From the IMG/VR virus record IMGVR_UViG_3300037088_000377, positions 1 through 63,879 of that record: 63,879 nucleotides of DNA; one strand, written 5' to 3'. The position numbers were made by a program, and so were the translations under genes. Below are positions 63,461-63,879 of this stretch, piece by piece (the first letter of the stretch is position 1; each line of letters begins with the position of its first letter). The notes beneath the pieces were generated by a model that searched no databases, was not told the origin of the DNA, and saw nothing but the letters and a program-made list of their open reading frames with translations. The stretch is from a virus (Duplodnaviria > Caudoviricetes).

Positions 63461-63879
63461 GGAAGTATGTACTTAGCGCAAACAGGCTAAAATCCTAAGA
63501 AGCTGTAATTTTTTACTTGACAAACATTTTCGTTAAGTATAAAATTACAACATGAATGAACAACATCATCTTTCCAAGTCCGAAGTTATTGAAGCTATTC
63601 CACTTGCTTGCTCCGATGAACTAGCCGCCGTAGAGTTTTTCGAGGCATTGCGATGGGCAGGTAATCCAGTCTGCGTCCATTGCGGGTCAGGGGAAGTTTA
63701 CAAGATGCTTGACCCTAAGACTGGCAGCCGGAACAAGCGATTTCTATGGCGTTGCCGTGGCTGCGGGAAGCAATACACCGTGCGCATCGGTATGGTGTGG
63801 GAGGAATCCCGCCTCCCCCTGCGCCATTGGTGCTATGCCTTCTGGCGTGCTTCTACGTCCAAGAAGGGCGTTGCCGCCC
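63461..63879 (+). mobile_element. IS1595-family element, partial (transposase ORF from 63552, truncated by the window edge)
   Basis: MNEQ...AVEFFEALRWAGNPVCVHCGS...WRCRGCGKQYTVRIGMVWEESRLPLRHW...KKG. Promoter TTGACA-N17-TAAAAT. Possible left end GGAAGTATGTAC. Confidence 0.82.

Overview
This is a 63.9-kb fragment of a large tailed dsDNA bacteriophage genome. ORFs read normally under the standard code. No portal, major capsid or prohead protease gene is recognisable. In order it contains: a leftward block of small genes (polynucleotide kinase, cupin, peptide deformylase, sigma-like protein); a rightward block of large, probably head-associated proteins punctuated by K-x-A/G motifs (9.3-19.6 kb); a 4-gene GHKL-ATPase operon converging on two C5 DNA methyltransferases, each with an overlapping alternate-frame ORF; a 10-gene glycan synthesis and methylation cluster (32.2-40.7 kb); a terminase large subunit; small early genes; Ig-like and other structural genes; and the start of an IS1595-family transposase. 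It also holds three LAGLIDADG inteins and seven free-standing HNH, GIY-YIG or EndoVII endonucleases. Features the ORF track does not explain: (1) a 171-nt tRNA-shaped RNA whose D-loop carries two long hairpins, both capped by a self-complementary GGCC loop; (2) a 1640-aa putative cargo polyprotein of about 20 modules separated by K-x-A/G sites; (3) a roughly 160-nt pseudoknotted ncRNA candidate behind a late-type promoter; (4) two recurrent promoter motifs; (5) a recurrent Ser-Pro-Pro motif in structural proteins near the glycan cluster. All family assignments come from reading motifs by eye; no searches were run.
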